Origin: Candidatus Zixiibacteriota bacterium
Lineage (GTDB): Bacteria; Zixibacteria; MSB-5A5; GN15; FEB-12
Assembly: GCA_035380245.1 (NCBI GenBank)
Contig: DAOSXA010000001.1
Location: 358,004 to 422,003 of the forward strand
Direction: 5' to 3'
Length of the DNA stretch: 64,000 nucleotides
The notes under the pieces were generated by a model that was not told the origin of the DNA, searched no databases, and worked only from the letters and a program-made list of their open reading frames with translations. Shown here piece by piece: positions 48,464-58,659 of the stretch. Numbering within the stretch: position 1 is the first letter of the stretch; each line of letters begins with the position of its first letter. Position numbers and translations under genes: made by a program.

Positions 48464-49018
48464 ATGAAGAAGATCTTGATGATAGGCCCTTCCCTGATAG
48501 CGTTGTTGGTGTTCGGCTGCGGTAGTTCCGACACCACCCAGGAACACAACTCCGGGACACAGGCAGCGGCACAAAGCACGACTACACAGAGTAAAGTACC
48601 CGCCTCCACCGGGACAACCGTTTCGTTTGCGGCGTATGATGTCGATGGTTTTTTACACCAGTCCGATGAGTGGATCGGTAAACAGCCGGTGGTGATTAAT
48701 TTCTGGGGCACCTGGTGTCCCCCCTGTCGTGCCGAAATACCCGATCTCGTACGTATTTACAACGATTACCGCGACAAGGGAATTGAGTTAGTCGGCATTG
48801 CCGTCAGGGACCAACCGAACAACGTCAAGCAGTTCGCCGGAAAAAACGGCATGGACTGGCCCATGCTCATGGTTGATGAGAATGTTATAGCCGGTTTCCC
48901 GGATATACGGAATGTGCCGACCACGATCTTCTTCGACCGCAACGGCAACGAAGTACAAAGGTTTGTCGGTGGTCGCGATTACGAAACTTTCAAGCAGGCT
49001 TTCGAACAAATTCTCTAG
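48464..49018 (+). CDS. TlpA/ResA-like thiol-disulfide oxidoreductase lipoprotein
   Basis: Lipobox LLVFGC. WGTWCPPCRAEIP active site. Confidence 0.88.
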   Translation: MKKILMIGPSLIALLVFGCGSSDTTQEHNSGTQAAAQSTTTQSKVPASTGTTVSFAAYDVDGFLHQSDEWIGKQPVVINFWGTWCPPCRAEIPDLVRIYNDYRDKGIELVGIAVRDQPNNVKQFAGKNGMDWPMLMVDENVIAGFPDIRNVPTTIFFDRNGNEVQRFVGGRDYETFKQAFEQIL

Positions 49019-49042
49019 CTCGAAAACGAATCTGATATAACA

Positions 49043-49078
49043 AACGGGCGCAACCTGATAAGGCTGCACCCGTTTTTA
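49043..49078 (+). terminator. Terminator between convergent genes
   Basis: aacgggcgca / tgcacccgtt stem (one mismatch), then TTTTATTTAT. Confidence 0.6.
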
Positions 49079-49096
49079 TTTATGCCATATAACGGA

Positions 49097-50116
49097 CTAA
49101 GCCGGTTGTTGGCTGTCACTGAAGAACAACTTCAGCATGTACCAGATTAATCCCAAAGCCAGTACGAAACAAAGCACGAAAACGATCAAGACCGACCATT
49201 GCGACCGGATCGGGATATTAGCCGGGTCCCAGAATTTCTGAAGATGAACAAGCCGCAGAACATGACGGGCCGAAACCATGGCCAGCATGGAAACGAAAAC
49301 CATCAGCCCGGATATCGCGAACTTCCTCTTGAAAAAGAAATGCAGTGAACCGAGCGACAGAATAAAGCCAACCGTCACGAGCCAGATTCCGGAACTTTGC
49401 ATAAACGGAACGAGATAATCACCCAGCGTGAATAAATAAATCAGCCCCATAACCATTGCCGCCAACATCCCGCAGAGAAAGAACTTCTTGCCGATTTGAT
49501 ACATGGCCTGACTTTTCCGGCCGATCCAGCCGACAAAGAACGCCCCGACGGTAATAGCTCCCAGGATCATGTGAAACCAGCGCACCAGATAGGAACCGAC
49601 CTCGGGATTCAACACGAAACCGGACTGGTTACCGGAGTACAATTGTTGCGTCAGTAAAGGATTCTCGGAGAGGCTGAACGATGAACTGTAAACGAACGAG
49701 ACATATGCCATCCCGAGCATTGCCAGACCCAGATAGATCCCGACCCGCTCCCTGGATTTAGTGAACGATGCTCCGTAAAGGAAATAGTACGAAAACATCA
49801 CAGCGGCTAAAATCACCAGCCAGGGCCAGGCCGTTACGATGGTCGAGGCGTAAACCTGCTTATGGAAAGTTAACTGTACGAACAGAAGCGGCGCCACCCC
49901 TATCGTAATCGTTGCGGCCATCAGCGTCGGAAACAGCTTAACGAAACGCTGGATCGATTCATCCTGCCATTTATTGTTGAACTTAGCCAGCAATAATACC
50001 AGACCGCCGCCCAGGACGAAATTCATAGCTGCTAAATGCAGCGTCAGCGTCAGGATATGCAAAACCGTGATCAACCAGAGCGGGGCCGACAGAAAGTTGT
50101 AGTCGGGAAGGTTCAT
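49097..50116 (-). CDS. Polytopic membrane protein; N-terminus paralogous to the upstream CydA-like protein
   Basis: 339 aa with about 9 hydrophobic helices. The N-terminal WLITVLHILTLTLHLAAMNFVLGGGL mirrors IAVIHVFVSHFAIGGGL of 50113-51633. 4-nt ATGA overlap with that gene. Confidence 0.75.
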   Translation of the reverse strand: MNLPDYNFLSAPLWLITVLHILTLTLHLAAMNFVLGGGLVLLLAKFNNKWQDESIQRFVKLFPTLMAATITIGVAPLLFVQLTFHKQVYASTIVTAWPWLVILAAVMFSYYFLYGASFTKSRERVGIYLGLAMLGMAYVSFVYSSSFSLSENPLLTQQLYSGNQSGFVLNPEVGSYLVRWFHMILGAITVGAFFVGWIGRKSQAMYQIGKKFFLCGMLAAMVMGLIYLFTLGDYLVPFMQSSGIWLVTVGFILSLGSLHFFFKRKFAISGLMVFVSMLAMVSARHVLRLVHLQKFWDPANIPIRSQWSVLIVFVLCFVLALGLIWYMLKLFFSDSQQPA

Positions 50117-51633
50117 AGTGCACCTCCTTCCGCAGCTTTAGTCTTAAACATGAGAAATTCCACGAAAGCTGCCGCCTCAGTGCTGTCGCCCGTAAACGGC
50201 GGCATCTCCTCGGCCAGATCACCGGCCATTTCGAGCAGGTCATAGATGTCCTGTTCACTGAGCCCCAGAATCGACGATGATTTATCATTATACCCGCCAA
50301 AAACATGGCATTTGCCGCAGCGCAGGTCATACACCTTTCGTCCCAGATCAACTCTCGAAAGACCGTAAATCTCAGCCACTGACCTATGATCCGTGTGCTT
50401 GTAAATATGGGCAGCGAGTAATCCGGCTTCATCTTCATTTCCGAGGAAGGGCGGCATGTTGCCGCGCATGACATGCAAACCGACCATCGTATTGGCAATG
50501 AGCTCTTCATCCATACCGTCATAAGCCGGCTTGAGCGCCTTGTAACCGTCGACCGTATGACAGGAGCGACAGGCATGACGAAACAAATCCGCACCGTCGT
50601 CGCCAGTACGGTATTTCATATTCAGCAAGAGTCCCTCCTGGAGATACTGATCGGCCCTGGCTACCTCCATACCGTTACCGTACATGTAATCGGAGACGAC
50701 ATACGGCTTGCGAACCGATTCGCGGAAGAATTCAAAAGCTCCAAACCACACCAATCCCAGCGCCATCATCACCAGCGCTACCGGCAGGGAAACCGCTTTA
50801 CGCAGCAACAGGCCAAACAGCAGCACCAGGACCGCCACGGCAATCAGCAGCTTGAAAGTCAGCCCCCAGGAAATAATCGGAGTCGGCATCATATTGAGCG
50901 CCGTCTGGGTGATATTGGCCGGGATGGATGCCCAGTACCAAAAGAGACTCGGGACCATGATTACCAAACCGACTATCGCCCACCAGGCATTGTAAGTCAC
51001 CGTGCGTCTTTTGAAATCGTCCGATTTACGCACACTGACTACTAAAAGGGCAAACAGACCGGCCAGCATGACACAAATACCCGTCCTCAGGATAAGCGAA
51101 GAGAAGAAAGTCGGATTGAAGAAACCGTCCCAGAAACTTCCGGTAACGATCCAGTCTCCCGGCGAGAGCATAAAACTGAGGATGCCGTTAATAATAAACA
51201 GCGACATCCAGGCCGCTCCGAAATAAATCCAGCCAACGGTCATATGGTTCCTCGCCGACATCGACTTCCAACCATACAGGTAGATTATGGCCGCCATGAT
51301 TTCGATGAGGAAAAAACACCATTCGGTGGCCCAGCCCCAGACGAAATTGTGGATTAATAATTCCGTGGCCGCCGGATTAAGCAGACCGATAATGAACCAG
51401 ATCCCAACACCGGTCAGGGCGCCGAACACCAGGGTGGTCAGTACGAAAAATTTGCTCAGACCCTGAAGAAACCCCAAGGCATCGGCATCGTTTTTCCTCC
51501 GGGCTCGAGTTTCCGCCACGGCCAGATAAAGGCCCCCTCCGATGGCGAAATGCGAGACGAAGACATGGATCACTGCGATACCGGCCATCAACCAGCCGTA
51601 TGACAGACCGGTGTCCCAAAAAGGATAGTCCAT
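50113..51633 (-). CDS. Cytochrome-bd-subunit-I-like membrane domain fused to two class-I c-type cytochrome domains
   Basis: 506 aa with about 8 TM helices. The N-terminal MDYPFWDTGLSYGWLMAGIAVIHVFVSHFAIGGGLYL is CydA-like by eye. The C-terminal ~165 aa (nt 50116-50616) carry CRSCH...GNMPPF and CGKCH...EEMPPF. Confidence 0.7.
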   Translation of the reverse strand: MDYPFWDTGLSYGWLMAGIAVIHVFVSHFAIGGGLYLAVAETRARRKNDADALGFLQGLSKFFVLTTLVFGALTGVGIWFIIGLLNPAATELLIHNFVWGWATEWCFFLIEIMAAIIYLYGWKSMSARNHMTVGWIYFGAAWMSLFIINGILSFMLSPGDWIVTGSFWDGFFNPTFFSSLILRTGICVMLAGLFALLVVSVRKSDDFKRRTVTYNAWWAIVGLVIMVPSLFWYWASIPANITQTALNMMPTPIISWGLTFKLLIAVAVLVLLFGLLLRKAVSLPVALVMMALGLVWFGAFEFFRESVRKPYVVSDYMYGNGMEVARADQYLQEGLLLNMKYRTGDDGADLFRHACRSCHTVDGYKALKPAYDGMDEELIANTMVGLHVMRGNMPPFLGNEDEAGLLAAHIYKHTDHRSVAEIYGLSRVDLGRKVYDLRCGKCHVFGGYNDKSSSILGLSEQDIYDLLEMAGDLAEEMPPFTGDSTEAAAFVEFLMFKTKAAEGGAL

Positions 51634-51827
51634 GAATCACTCTCCGTGTATGGTAAGCTCAACCTAGCTTTGTTTTATCTTAGTAAGTGCCCCCAAAGGC
51701 GTCAAGTTTTGTTAAATTGTCGCCTTCGTAAATCTATATATAGTCCACACTTAAGGTCAAGTGAGACATCATCTTTAACTATAACTGTAAGATAGTTAAA
51801 ATCTTCTTTACTGAGGAGAAAGCAAAA

Positions 51828-52262
51828 TCAAACATTGCTGGAGTCGCGCTTGGAGAAATATAGGATATCCTCATGGTAGCTGTAACCCATTTTCCCAAAC
51901 AACGCCATTGAAGGTAAATTCTGTCCTTCGATCAGACAGGCAATAACTTGCGCTCCGAGCCCCCGAAGAAACCTCTCCCCGGCTTCGACAATTTCCACCG
52001 CCAGACCACGACCGCGGCAGTCCGGATCTACCGCGACCCGGTTGATCCATCCCTTGCGACCGTCGTAAGTCATCACTCCAACCGCCACCATGCGGTCGTC
52101 TTCGAACAATCCGTAGAAAGCCGTATCGGAACGTTCCATTTCGCTGTTGATATGTTCGCGACTGTCCCGTCCGTCGGGACGATACGGCAATCCGGCATCG
52201 GCCCAAACCCGGATAATGTCGTCGTAATCATCGGGAGTCAGTTGTCTTATGCGGTTTTCCAT
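51828..52262 (-). CDS. GNAT-family N-acetyltransferase
   Basis: 144 aa. WINRVAVDPDCRGRGLAVEIVEAGERFLRGLGA is the acetyl-CoA-binding motif A. Confidence 0.88.
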   Translation of the reverse strand: MENRIRQLTPDDYDDIIRVWADAGLPYRPDGRDSREHINSEMERSDTAFYGLFEDDRMVAVGVMTYDGRKGWINRVAVDPDCRGRGLAVEIVEAGERFLRGLGAQVIACLIEGQNLPSMALFGKMGYSYHEDILYFSKRDSSNV

Positions 52263-52914
52263 ATTTCTCCGTGAGAATTTCTTCGAGCCAGGTCATACTG
52301 AATTCAGACGCACAAGGTTGGTTCTGCCAGTGTTCACAGCCGCTGAAGTTTAACAGAACACCTCGAGCCGGAACTTCGACCTCAGCCGCCGAGCGCATAC
52401 CGGCAGCCAGCATATTGATACAAGCTACCCCGATTACTCCGTAATCCCCCAACTCATCTCGATAGTGTTTCAACTGCTGCTCCAAATTCCGTTTGGAGAA
52501 TACTGCCGGGATATTATAACGATCGGCCAAAGCGACCATCTGATTGGCCTGACAGGAGGGAGTACATTGCCGGCAAATATCACCGAACGGTCCATCTTCC
52601 TTAAGGCAGTCCGGATTATGTAAAGAAAGGCAATCCGGTATAACCAGAAGGGTCTTGGGAGCAGTATTAAAAGCCTCGCGATTGAGATCATCGAGAATTT
52701 GAAAGGAAACCATTTCCAACAGGTATTTAACCTTTGGAGTCCGCCGCAGTCGTTCTCCGCAGTCATCTTTTAAGGCTTGTTCAATATACCGATCCAGACC
52801 GTTAAATTCGCGGGAGAAACGATCATACCCTGAAGATATAAACTCATCGGTAAATTCGCGCAGACGACGTCGGAACGTTGAATCGAGGCAGTAAGTCGGA
52901 GCGGGATTATTCAT
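52228..52914 (-). CDS. DUF116-like Cys-rich protein
   Basis: 228 aa with CLSLHNPDC...CRQCTPSC...VIGVACINML...FSGCEHW. Family assignment is from memory of DUF116 features. Confidence 0.6.
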   Translation of the reverse strand: MNNPAPTYCLDSTFRRRLREFTDEFISSGYDRFSREFNGLDRYIEQALKDDCGERLRRTPKVKYLLEMVSFQILDDLNREAFNTAPKTLLVIPDCLSLHNPDCLKEDGPFGDICRQCTPSCQANQMVALADRYNIPAVFSKRNLEQQLKHYRDELGDYGVIGVACINMLAAGMRSAAEVEVPARGVLLNFSGCEHWQNQPCASEFSMTWLEEILTEKYGKPHKTTDSR

Positions 52915-52956
52915 GACAGAGAATATAGGCAGCCCGGTCTCGGGACAGAAGTTTTT

Positions 52957-53472
52957 TCAGCGACTGTCGGCCGGATCGAGGTTTTCCAGCCGGGCTAATC
53001 CGTCCCGGGCAGAATCCGATTCCGGCCAAATCTGCAAGGCGGTCATAAAGCTGATCCGAGCCTTGCCGATCGCGCCGGTTGATTCCGAAACTTCGCCAAT
53101 AGCCACATATATCCGGCTTCTGGCGCGGGGATCATCGGGGGCGAGACGAAGGCCGTGATGGAGAGCCGCCAGGGCCTGATCCGGCATATCCCTAAGGCGT
53201 AAAGTCAATCCCAGATAATAATGCGCTTTCCAGTTGCGGTAATTTTCCTCCAGCGATTTTTCGAACAATGTCTGAGCCCGTTCGTAATTACCGGTACGGA
53301 ACAACGCCAGTCCTTCCTTGAGCGAGGCATCCGAATCCGCCTCCCTGTCGGACAGACTGTCGACCGCAAGAGTTGCTAATTGAGAAGGCTGGTGATTGGT
53401 CCTGATTACATCCGGGTGATTTCCACAGGAAAGGATTATCCCGGTCAGGATCAGAAAAATCGCAATTCTCAA
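52957..53472 (-). CDS. TPR-repeat lipoprotein
   Basis: Lipobox LTGIILSC. TPR-like repeats (GNYERAQTLFEKSLEENYRNWKAHYYLGL...). Confidence 0.8.
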   Translation of the reverse strand: MRIAIFLILTGIILSCGNHPDVIRTNHQPSQLATLAVDSLSDREADSDASLKEGLALFRTGNYERAQTLFEKSLEENYRNWKAHYYLGLTLRLRDMPDQALAALHHGLRLAPDDPRARSRIYVAIGEVSESTGAIGKARISFMTALQIWPESDSARDGLARLENLDPADSR

Positions 53473-53627
53473 AACATCTCCACGCTTCAGGGATTACATA
53501 AGTCTTCCTTGATCCTGATATCGGGCAATCAGAAGGATATCTGCACGGAAAATCAGTTGAATAAACAAACAGAGTTGCGATACTTATATACGGATTAGTA
53601 AATTGACCTAGCAGTCAAGGAGACATA

Positions 53628-53912
53628 ATGAACTATCAACCACCGCCCCTGATCCTTAAAAATCCCGGCCTGGCCGCAGTTTTATCGTTTTTCTATATGG
53701 GGCTGGGGCAAATATACAACGGGCAGATTGCCAAAGGCGTAGCCTTTATAGTCGGATTTACTATCTCCCTCATCCTGATGTTGATCCTGATCGGCTTTAT
53801 TACAACTCCGATTCTCTGGATATGGGGTATATGGGACGCTTACAAATCAGCTGAAAAGATCAACCGCGAAATGACCTACGGACCGGGACCTACTCATCAA
53901 CCGATGATGTAG
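53628..53912 (+). CDS. Small two-TM membrane protein (GLGQIYNG motif)
   Basis: 94 aa. AGGAG-like RBS (aaggagacataATG). Two hydrophobic helices. Confidence 0.7.
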   Translation: MNYQPPPLILKNPGLAAVLSFFYMGLGQIYNGQIAKGVAFIVGFTISLILMLILIGFITTPILWIWGIWDAYKSAEKINREMTYGPGPTHQPMM

Positions 53913-53944
53913 GATAGAAATATGCTACCGAAAGGACACTCCTC

Positions 53945-54715
53945 TTGCTACTAGCCGTCGATATCGGCAATACGAACATCGTTCTGGGATTGTTCTCCGG
54001 AGATCAACTCCAGGCGACAGCACGGTTGTCAACACGTGAACGGATGACCTCCGATGAAGCCGGCTTTTTGATCGACGGATTTCTCAGGCGTTCCGGGATT
54101 GACAGCACCGTTGTAACTCACAGCGTTGTCGGATCAGTAGTGCCGCGTCTGACCGGTGCTCTTACGCGGGCGCTGGAATCCCGTCTTCCCGGTCACCCGG
54201 TCGTAGTTACATCCTCATGCAAGCTGCCCATGTCCATTGAGATAGATCGACCGGCACAATTGGGCGCTGATCGTATCGCCAATGGTGTGGCCGGCCTGGC
54301 ATTTTACGGCAAACCGCTGATCGTTGTCGATTTCGGCACCGCCACCACCTTTGACGTCGTTGACGCCAATAATCGATATCTTGGCGGAGTCATTATTCCC
54401 GGCCCGGAAACCTCAATGAAGGAGCTGGCGCGCAAGGCTGCACAGTTACACGAGATAAGTCTGGTACATCCCTCCGCTGTCGTGGGTAAATCGACTGAAC
54501 TGGCTCTGCAATCAGGACTGTTTTACGGCACGCTCGGGCAGGTTGATCGAATTGTCGACGAGATTCTTCGTGAAACCGGTTTCTCAAAATGTCATATAGT
54601 TGCCACCGGCGGGCTGGCTTATGGAATAGAAGAATTCTCAAGGCACGTCGAACTGGTGGAACCGACCCTGACGCTTCATGGTTTACGCATCATCGGCGAA
54701 ATGAACCGGGAATAA
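53945..54715 (+). CDS. coaX: Type III pantothenate kinase
   Basis: TTG start. LLAVDIGNTN, GADRIAN and VVDFGTATTFD. Confidence 0.93.
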   Translation: MLLAVDIGNTNIVLGLFSGDQLQATARLSTRERMTSDEAGFLIDGFLRRSGIDSTVVTHSVVGSVVPRLTGALTRALESRLPGHPVVVTSSCKLPMSIEIDRPAQLGADRIANGVAGLAFYGKPLIVVDFGTATTFDVVDANNRYLGGVIIPGPETSMKELARKAAQLHEISLVHPSAVVGKSTELALQSGLFYGTLGQVDRIVDEILRETGFSKCHIVATGGLAYGIEEFSRHVELVEPTLTLHGLRIIGEMNRE

Positions 54716-54819
54716 GCGATTTCCGGATAGCCGGATGTCGACATGGTTGCACTAATGCCAACAGGTTGTTATATTTCATCTTGCTCCTGTAAAAGACCAC
54801 ACCCTATGGAGGTTAAGAA

Positions 54820-55251
54820 ATGGGTAAACTGGTTTTCTCATTCCTGGCAGTTTTGTTAATCCTGGTTGCCGCGGGAGCCGCTCAAACCGGAGATGAAGCA
54901 ACGCCGGATAAAACCACCGGCATAACCATCGAAGCAGTTCTGTGCTCCGACGTGGTGGATCGTCTGCCGACAGGTGAAGCAGACAGCTTCGGCGATGATA
55001 TCGGTAAAGTCTGCCTCTGGACCAGAGTTAAAGGCGCCGTCGACACAACCTTCATCAAACACAATTGGTATTTCGAGGGGAAGGAGATGGCTAGTGTTGA
55101 GCTGTCTGTCAAGAGCGCTAACTGGCGGACATACAGTTCCAAGAACATCCTTCCCGAATGGGACGGGAACTGGGAAGTGAAAGTGGTTGATGCTTCCGGA
55201 CAGACACTGGTTTCGAAGAAATTCACTGTAACTCGAACCGAAAAGCAGTAA
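54820..55251 (+). CDS. Secreted DUF2914-like protein
   Basis: 143 aa with a signal peptide. VVDRLPTGEADSF...VCLWTRV...HNWYFEG is the pattern recalled for DUF2914. Confidence 0.7.
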   Translation: MGKLVFSFLAVLLILVAAGAAQTGDEATPDKTTGITIEAVLCSDVVDRLPTGEADSFGDDIGKVCLWTRVKGAVDTTFIKHNWYFEGKEMASVELSVKSANWRTYSSKNILPEWDGNWEVKVVDASGQTLVSKKFTVTRTEKQ

Positions 55252-55260
55252 ATATCTTGA

Positions 55261-55293
55261 CCGGGGCGGAGATTATGACCGCCCCGGCTTTTT
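55261..55293 (+). terminator. Rho-independent terminator
   Basis: ccggggcgg / ccgccccgg stem with a 9-nt loop, then cTTTTT. Confidence 0.85.
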
Positions 55294-55578
55294 GAAAAGT
55301 CGGTATTCGTTAGTAAGTTAATTCCAACCGACTCCTCAATCCCCATTTACTCCTCTACAAATACCCCTATATCAACCGGTTCAACGGGTTAAGCGATCCC
55401 AATCCCGGGCCGATATTCACCAATACAGGCACGAAAAAGGGTGGCAAATCCCGCCTGATCCGAATAAACGAAATAAAGCGGCGTTCAGTCTTGGTCCAGA
55501 TAGCTGCGTGCGGCGCAGTTGCGTACGATCAGATCCGATGTTACGCCAGAACCTGATTTCGTTAAGTGGAGTATGTGT

Positions 55579-57858
55579 ATGAGATGGAGTATCCGCAATC
55601 AGATCATGTTACCAGGTATCGTTAGTCTGATTGTCTTGATAGGCACCGTAACCTATTTCTATTTCAGCTCCAAAACAGAGTTTTTACACAACAGCGAAGT
55701 ATTGATCAGCAACGCCACGAAACAATACGCTGAAAAGTTGGAATTTCCCCTTATGGGTCAGGAGATGATGTTTTTCAATCTGACTCGGGAAGACATTTTT
55801 GGATATGTCATTGAATTCAACGCCACCATTGACTTTCACGATGAGATAACCCGGAAAATTAACTCAATGCCGGGGGTACTGGCCTGGGCGCTGGTGACAT
55901 TGGACGGTACAGTTGTTGACCTGGAAAAAAGTAATCAACTCGAAGGTTATGCGAATGACCTGATCGGTCAAAAGTTACCGGAATTCGAATATTACAACCG
56001 TCACGACACTACCATTATCCACTACGGCTGGAGCCCCATGCTCAGCCGCTGGGGAGCGCAATATCCGACTACGACCGTCTTTTGTTATCCGACAAAATCC
56101 ACCTCAGGAGAAAAGAACGGTTATTTCATGGCTTTCATGGACTTTGCACCGATCCACCAGCTTGTTAAGGACTGCTCGAAAACACTGGCGGATTATAAAT
56201 ACGATCAAGCCTGCGTGTATTTACTGTTCGCTCAATCAAACGAAGTCGCGGCTTCCGTCGAAGCCGGTGATAATGTCCTTACCGACGCTGATTTGACTCT
56301 CCTGGCTAATTACGGCATGACTCATCGGCAGAAACAGACAACCATCATCAATGAACTTAATCTCAGCCGCGGCGGAGCCTTTGTTTGCACATCGGCCATT
56401 GGGACTGAAGATCCAAACAGCCCCGGTATGTTCGATCACTGGCGACCTTCTCTTGTTACCGTTATCCCCGACGAACAAGTTCTGGCGGGTCTTAAACGAA
56501 ACCTGTTCATCGACCTGGGCATAGGCGCCGGTTTGTTTATCCTGCTGTTGGGTTTGAATCGCTATACCGCACGGCGTATTTCCCGTCGTATCAACAGAAT
56601 ATCATCAACTGCGCGCGCTATGTCGATCGGCGAAGTGGACCACAATCTGGCTGCAACCTCAAATGACGAACTGGGAGATCTGGCCGTATCGTTCGCAGCC
56701 CTCCGAGATTATCTGTGGCGATTGGCGCACTCCGCCGAAGCCATCGCCGATAACAATCTGGCCATTGAAATCCCAACGATGTCGGAGTCCGATGTCCTGG
56801 GACAAGCCTTCGCCAAAATGCTTCACAACTTCCGGACTATGGTGCAACAGATAAAATCCGATGCCGCAGCTCTGTTGAAGATTTCACAAAGGATCGGGAC
56901 GGCCAGTGAACAACTTTCAGAGGGCGCGACTCTGGTCTACGGCTCTATCAATACCTCAGCTTCCGCTTCGGAAGAGATCAGCACCAACATGAACGTAGTG
57001 GCATCAGCGGTAAAGGAGAATTCTCTCCATATCGAGGAACTATCAACGGCAGCCGCCAATATGTCCAGTTCCGTAAAAGGGGTATCATCCGCGGTTCATG
57101 AGATAAGCAGCGCTATGGACGAGGTTACTCGGAATTCAGATGCTACCGCCAGCATTGCCGGTGACGCGGACCGCACGGCTCGGTCGGCCAAGGAAAAAAT
57201 GGATTCACTCGCTGCCAACGCCCGGGCAATCGACAAGATTGTCGGATCGATTACCGACATTGCCGACCAGACCAACCTGCTGGCTCTTAACGCCGCCATC
57301 GAGGCCGCTTCAGCCGGAGAGGCCGGTCGAGGCTTCGCCGTGGTCGCCAATGAAGTCAAGGAACTGGCCAAACAAACGGCAATGGCCACCGCTGAGATTA
57401 CCTCACAGGTGCGGTCGATGCAATCCGATACTGATGAAGCAGTTGAAGCTATCGCAAAAATCCTCGAAGTTACGGAACAGATCAACAGCCTTTCGGCTGA
57501 AGTCGCTCATGCCATCGAGAACCAAAGCACTGCCATCAACAATATCTCCGGTTCGATTTCGGGCAGTGCGTCCGGAGCCGAATCGGTTTCCAACAACGCC
57601 CGTGAACTGGCCCACGGTACTATCGAGATTTCTCGTTCTGTCGATGAGACTTCCAGCGGCGCTACCGGTATCGCTCGGAACGTAGCCAGAACGGCCAATG
57701 TCACTGAGAATATGAATGTCTCTATTCGTGATCTCTCAGATATTGCTCTGACTCTTAACGGCCAGGCCGAGGGATTAACCGGTCTGGTGGCACAGTTCGA
57801 CCTCGGCAGCCACTGTCAACATTCAGAAGAAAAAACAGAAGAGCCGATTCTCATATAA
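55579..57858 (+). CDS. Methyl-accepting chemotaxis protein (periplasmic sensor, HAMP, MCP signalling domain)
   Basis: Start moved to ATG 55579 (GGAG 7 nt upstream). Two TM helices flank a ~290-aa sensor region. The conserved hairpin tip is [37 protein letters not shown]. Confidence 0.92.
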   Translation: MRWSIRNQIMLPGIVSLIVLIGTVTYFYFSSKTEFLHNSEVLISNATKQYAEKLEFPLMGQEMMFFNLTREDIFGYVIEFNATIDFHDEITRKINSMPGVLAWALVTLDGTVVDLEKSNQLEGYANDLIGQKLPEFEYYNRHDTTIIHYGWSPMLSRWGAQYPTTTVFCYPTKSTSGEKNGYFMAFMDFAPIHQLVKDCSKTLADYKYDQACVYLLFAQSNEVAASVEAGDNVLTDADLTLLANYGMTHRQKQTTIINELNLSRGGAFVCTSAIGTEDPNSPGMFDHWRPSLVTVIPDEQVLAGLKRNLFIDLGIGAGLFILLLGLNRYTARRISRRINRISSTARAMSIGEVDHNLAATSNDELGDLAVSFAALRDYLWRLAHSAEAIADNNLAIEIPTMSESDVLGQAFAKMLHNFRTMVQQIKSDAAALLKISQRIGTASEQLSEGATLVYGSINTSASASEEISTNMNVVASAVKENSLHIEELSTAAANMSSSVKGVSSAVHEISSAMDEVTRNSDATASIAGDADRTARSAKEKMDSLAANARAIDKIVGSITDIADQTNLLALNAAIEAASAGEAGRGFAVVANEVKELAKQTAMATAEITSQVRSMQSDTDEAVEAIAKILEVTEQINSLSAEVAHAIENQSTAINNISGSISGSASGAESVSNNARELAHGTIEISRSVDETSSGATGIARNVARTANVTENMNVSIRDLSDIALTLNGQAEGLTGLVAQFDLGSHCQHSEEKTEEPILI

Positions 57859-57900
57859 GAACCGGCTCTTTATCGAACTATAATTTATAGTTACGAGTTA

Positions 57901-58458
57901 TTATCCACCCAACTCAGCGGCATACCAGCTACCACCGTAACGAAAAAGCCGTAACTTATAGGTAGTGTCGCCCCGGACAATCACCACTTCCCCAAAATCG
58001 GAATGAAGACCGCTGCGGGTTTGAGTTTCGATTTCGGTTATCTCTTCGTCTCCGAATTCATCCATGCCGATATCGACAAGATTCAGTTGGTCCGGAGTAG
58101 TGGACTTGAAACGCGCCATGAATCGTCGGACTTGTTCTTCGTAGTGTTTCCGATGCTTCTCTTCGAGTTGCAATCTGAGCTGGTCGGTCGGTTTAGAAAA
58201 TCCTTTCGAGGAACGTAATTTCATCACGTACTCGAACGGTGTTACAGCCTTCATCAAACCTTCCTCGTTACCCGCCCGAGCCTGCTCCAGCAACCAGGCA
58301 GCGAACTCGACACGGTTGTCAAACGAAGCCGTTACGGACGGCATTGGTGATTCGGCTGTTTTCCCTTGTTTATTCGCATCCGGTGAAGCCTCTTTCTGAC
58401 CACAGGCAACGGCCATGACCAGAGACAGCGCCAATAATGTTCTGACAATACGCAACAT
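57901..58458 (-). CDS. Lipoprotein, unknown function
   Basis: ATG 58458 (MLRIVRTLLALSLVMAVAC lipobox). The ORF-track TTG start is 6 nt upstream. Confidence 0.7.
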   Translation of the reverse strand: MLRIVRTLLALSLVMAVACGQKEASPDANKQGKTAESPMPSVTASFDNRVEFAAWLLEQARAGNEEGLMKAVTPFEYVMKLRSSKGFSKPTDQLRLQLEEKHRKHYEEQVRRFMARFKSTTPDQLNLVDIGMDEFGDEEITEIETQTRSGLHSDFGEVVIVRGDTTYKLRLFRYGGSWYAAELGG

Positions 58459-58659
58459 GTTCAATCAATCTCCTCGAATCGACCCTTGAAGAAACGAAGC
58501 ATTTCCGGTTCACAGACTAACTTGAGTCCTTTGGCCTTATCGACGTTCTCGGTAACATCAATATATGAAACAGACATATTCATATTGTTAATAAATCCGG
58601 TTCCCCGGGTCAGGCCACAAGGATAAGTAATGCGATCTTAATTGTCAACGAAGGGTCAA

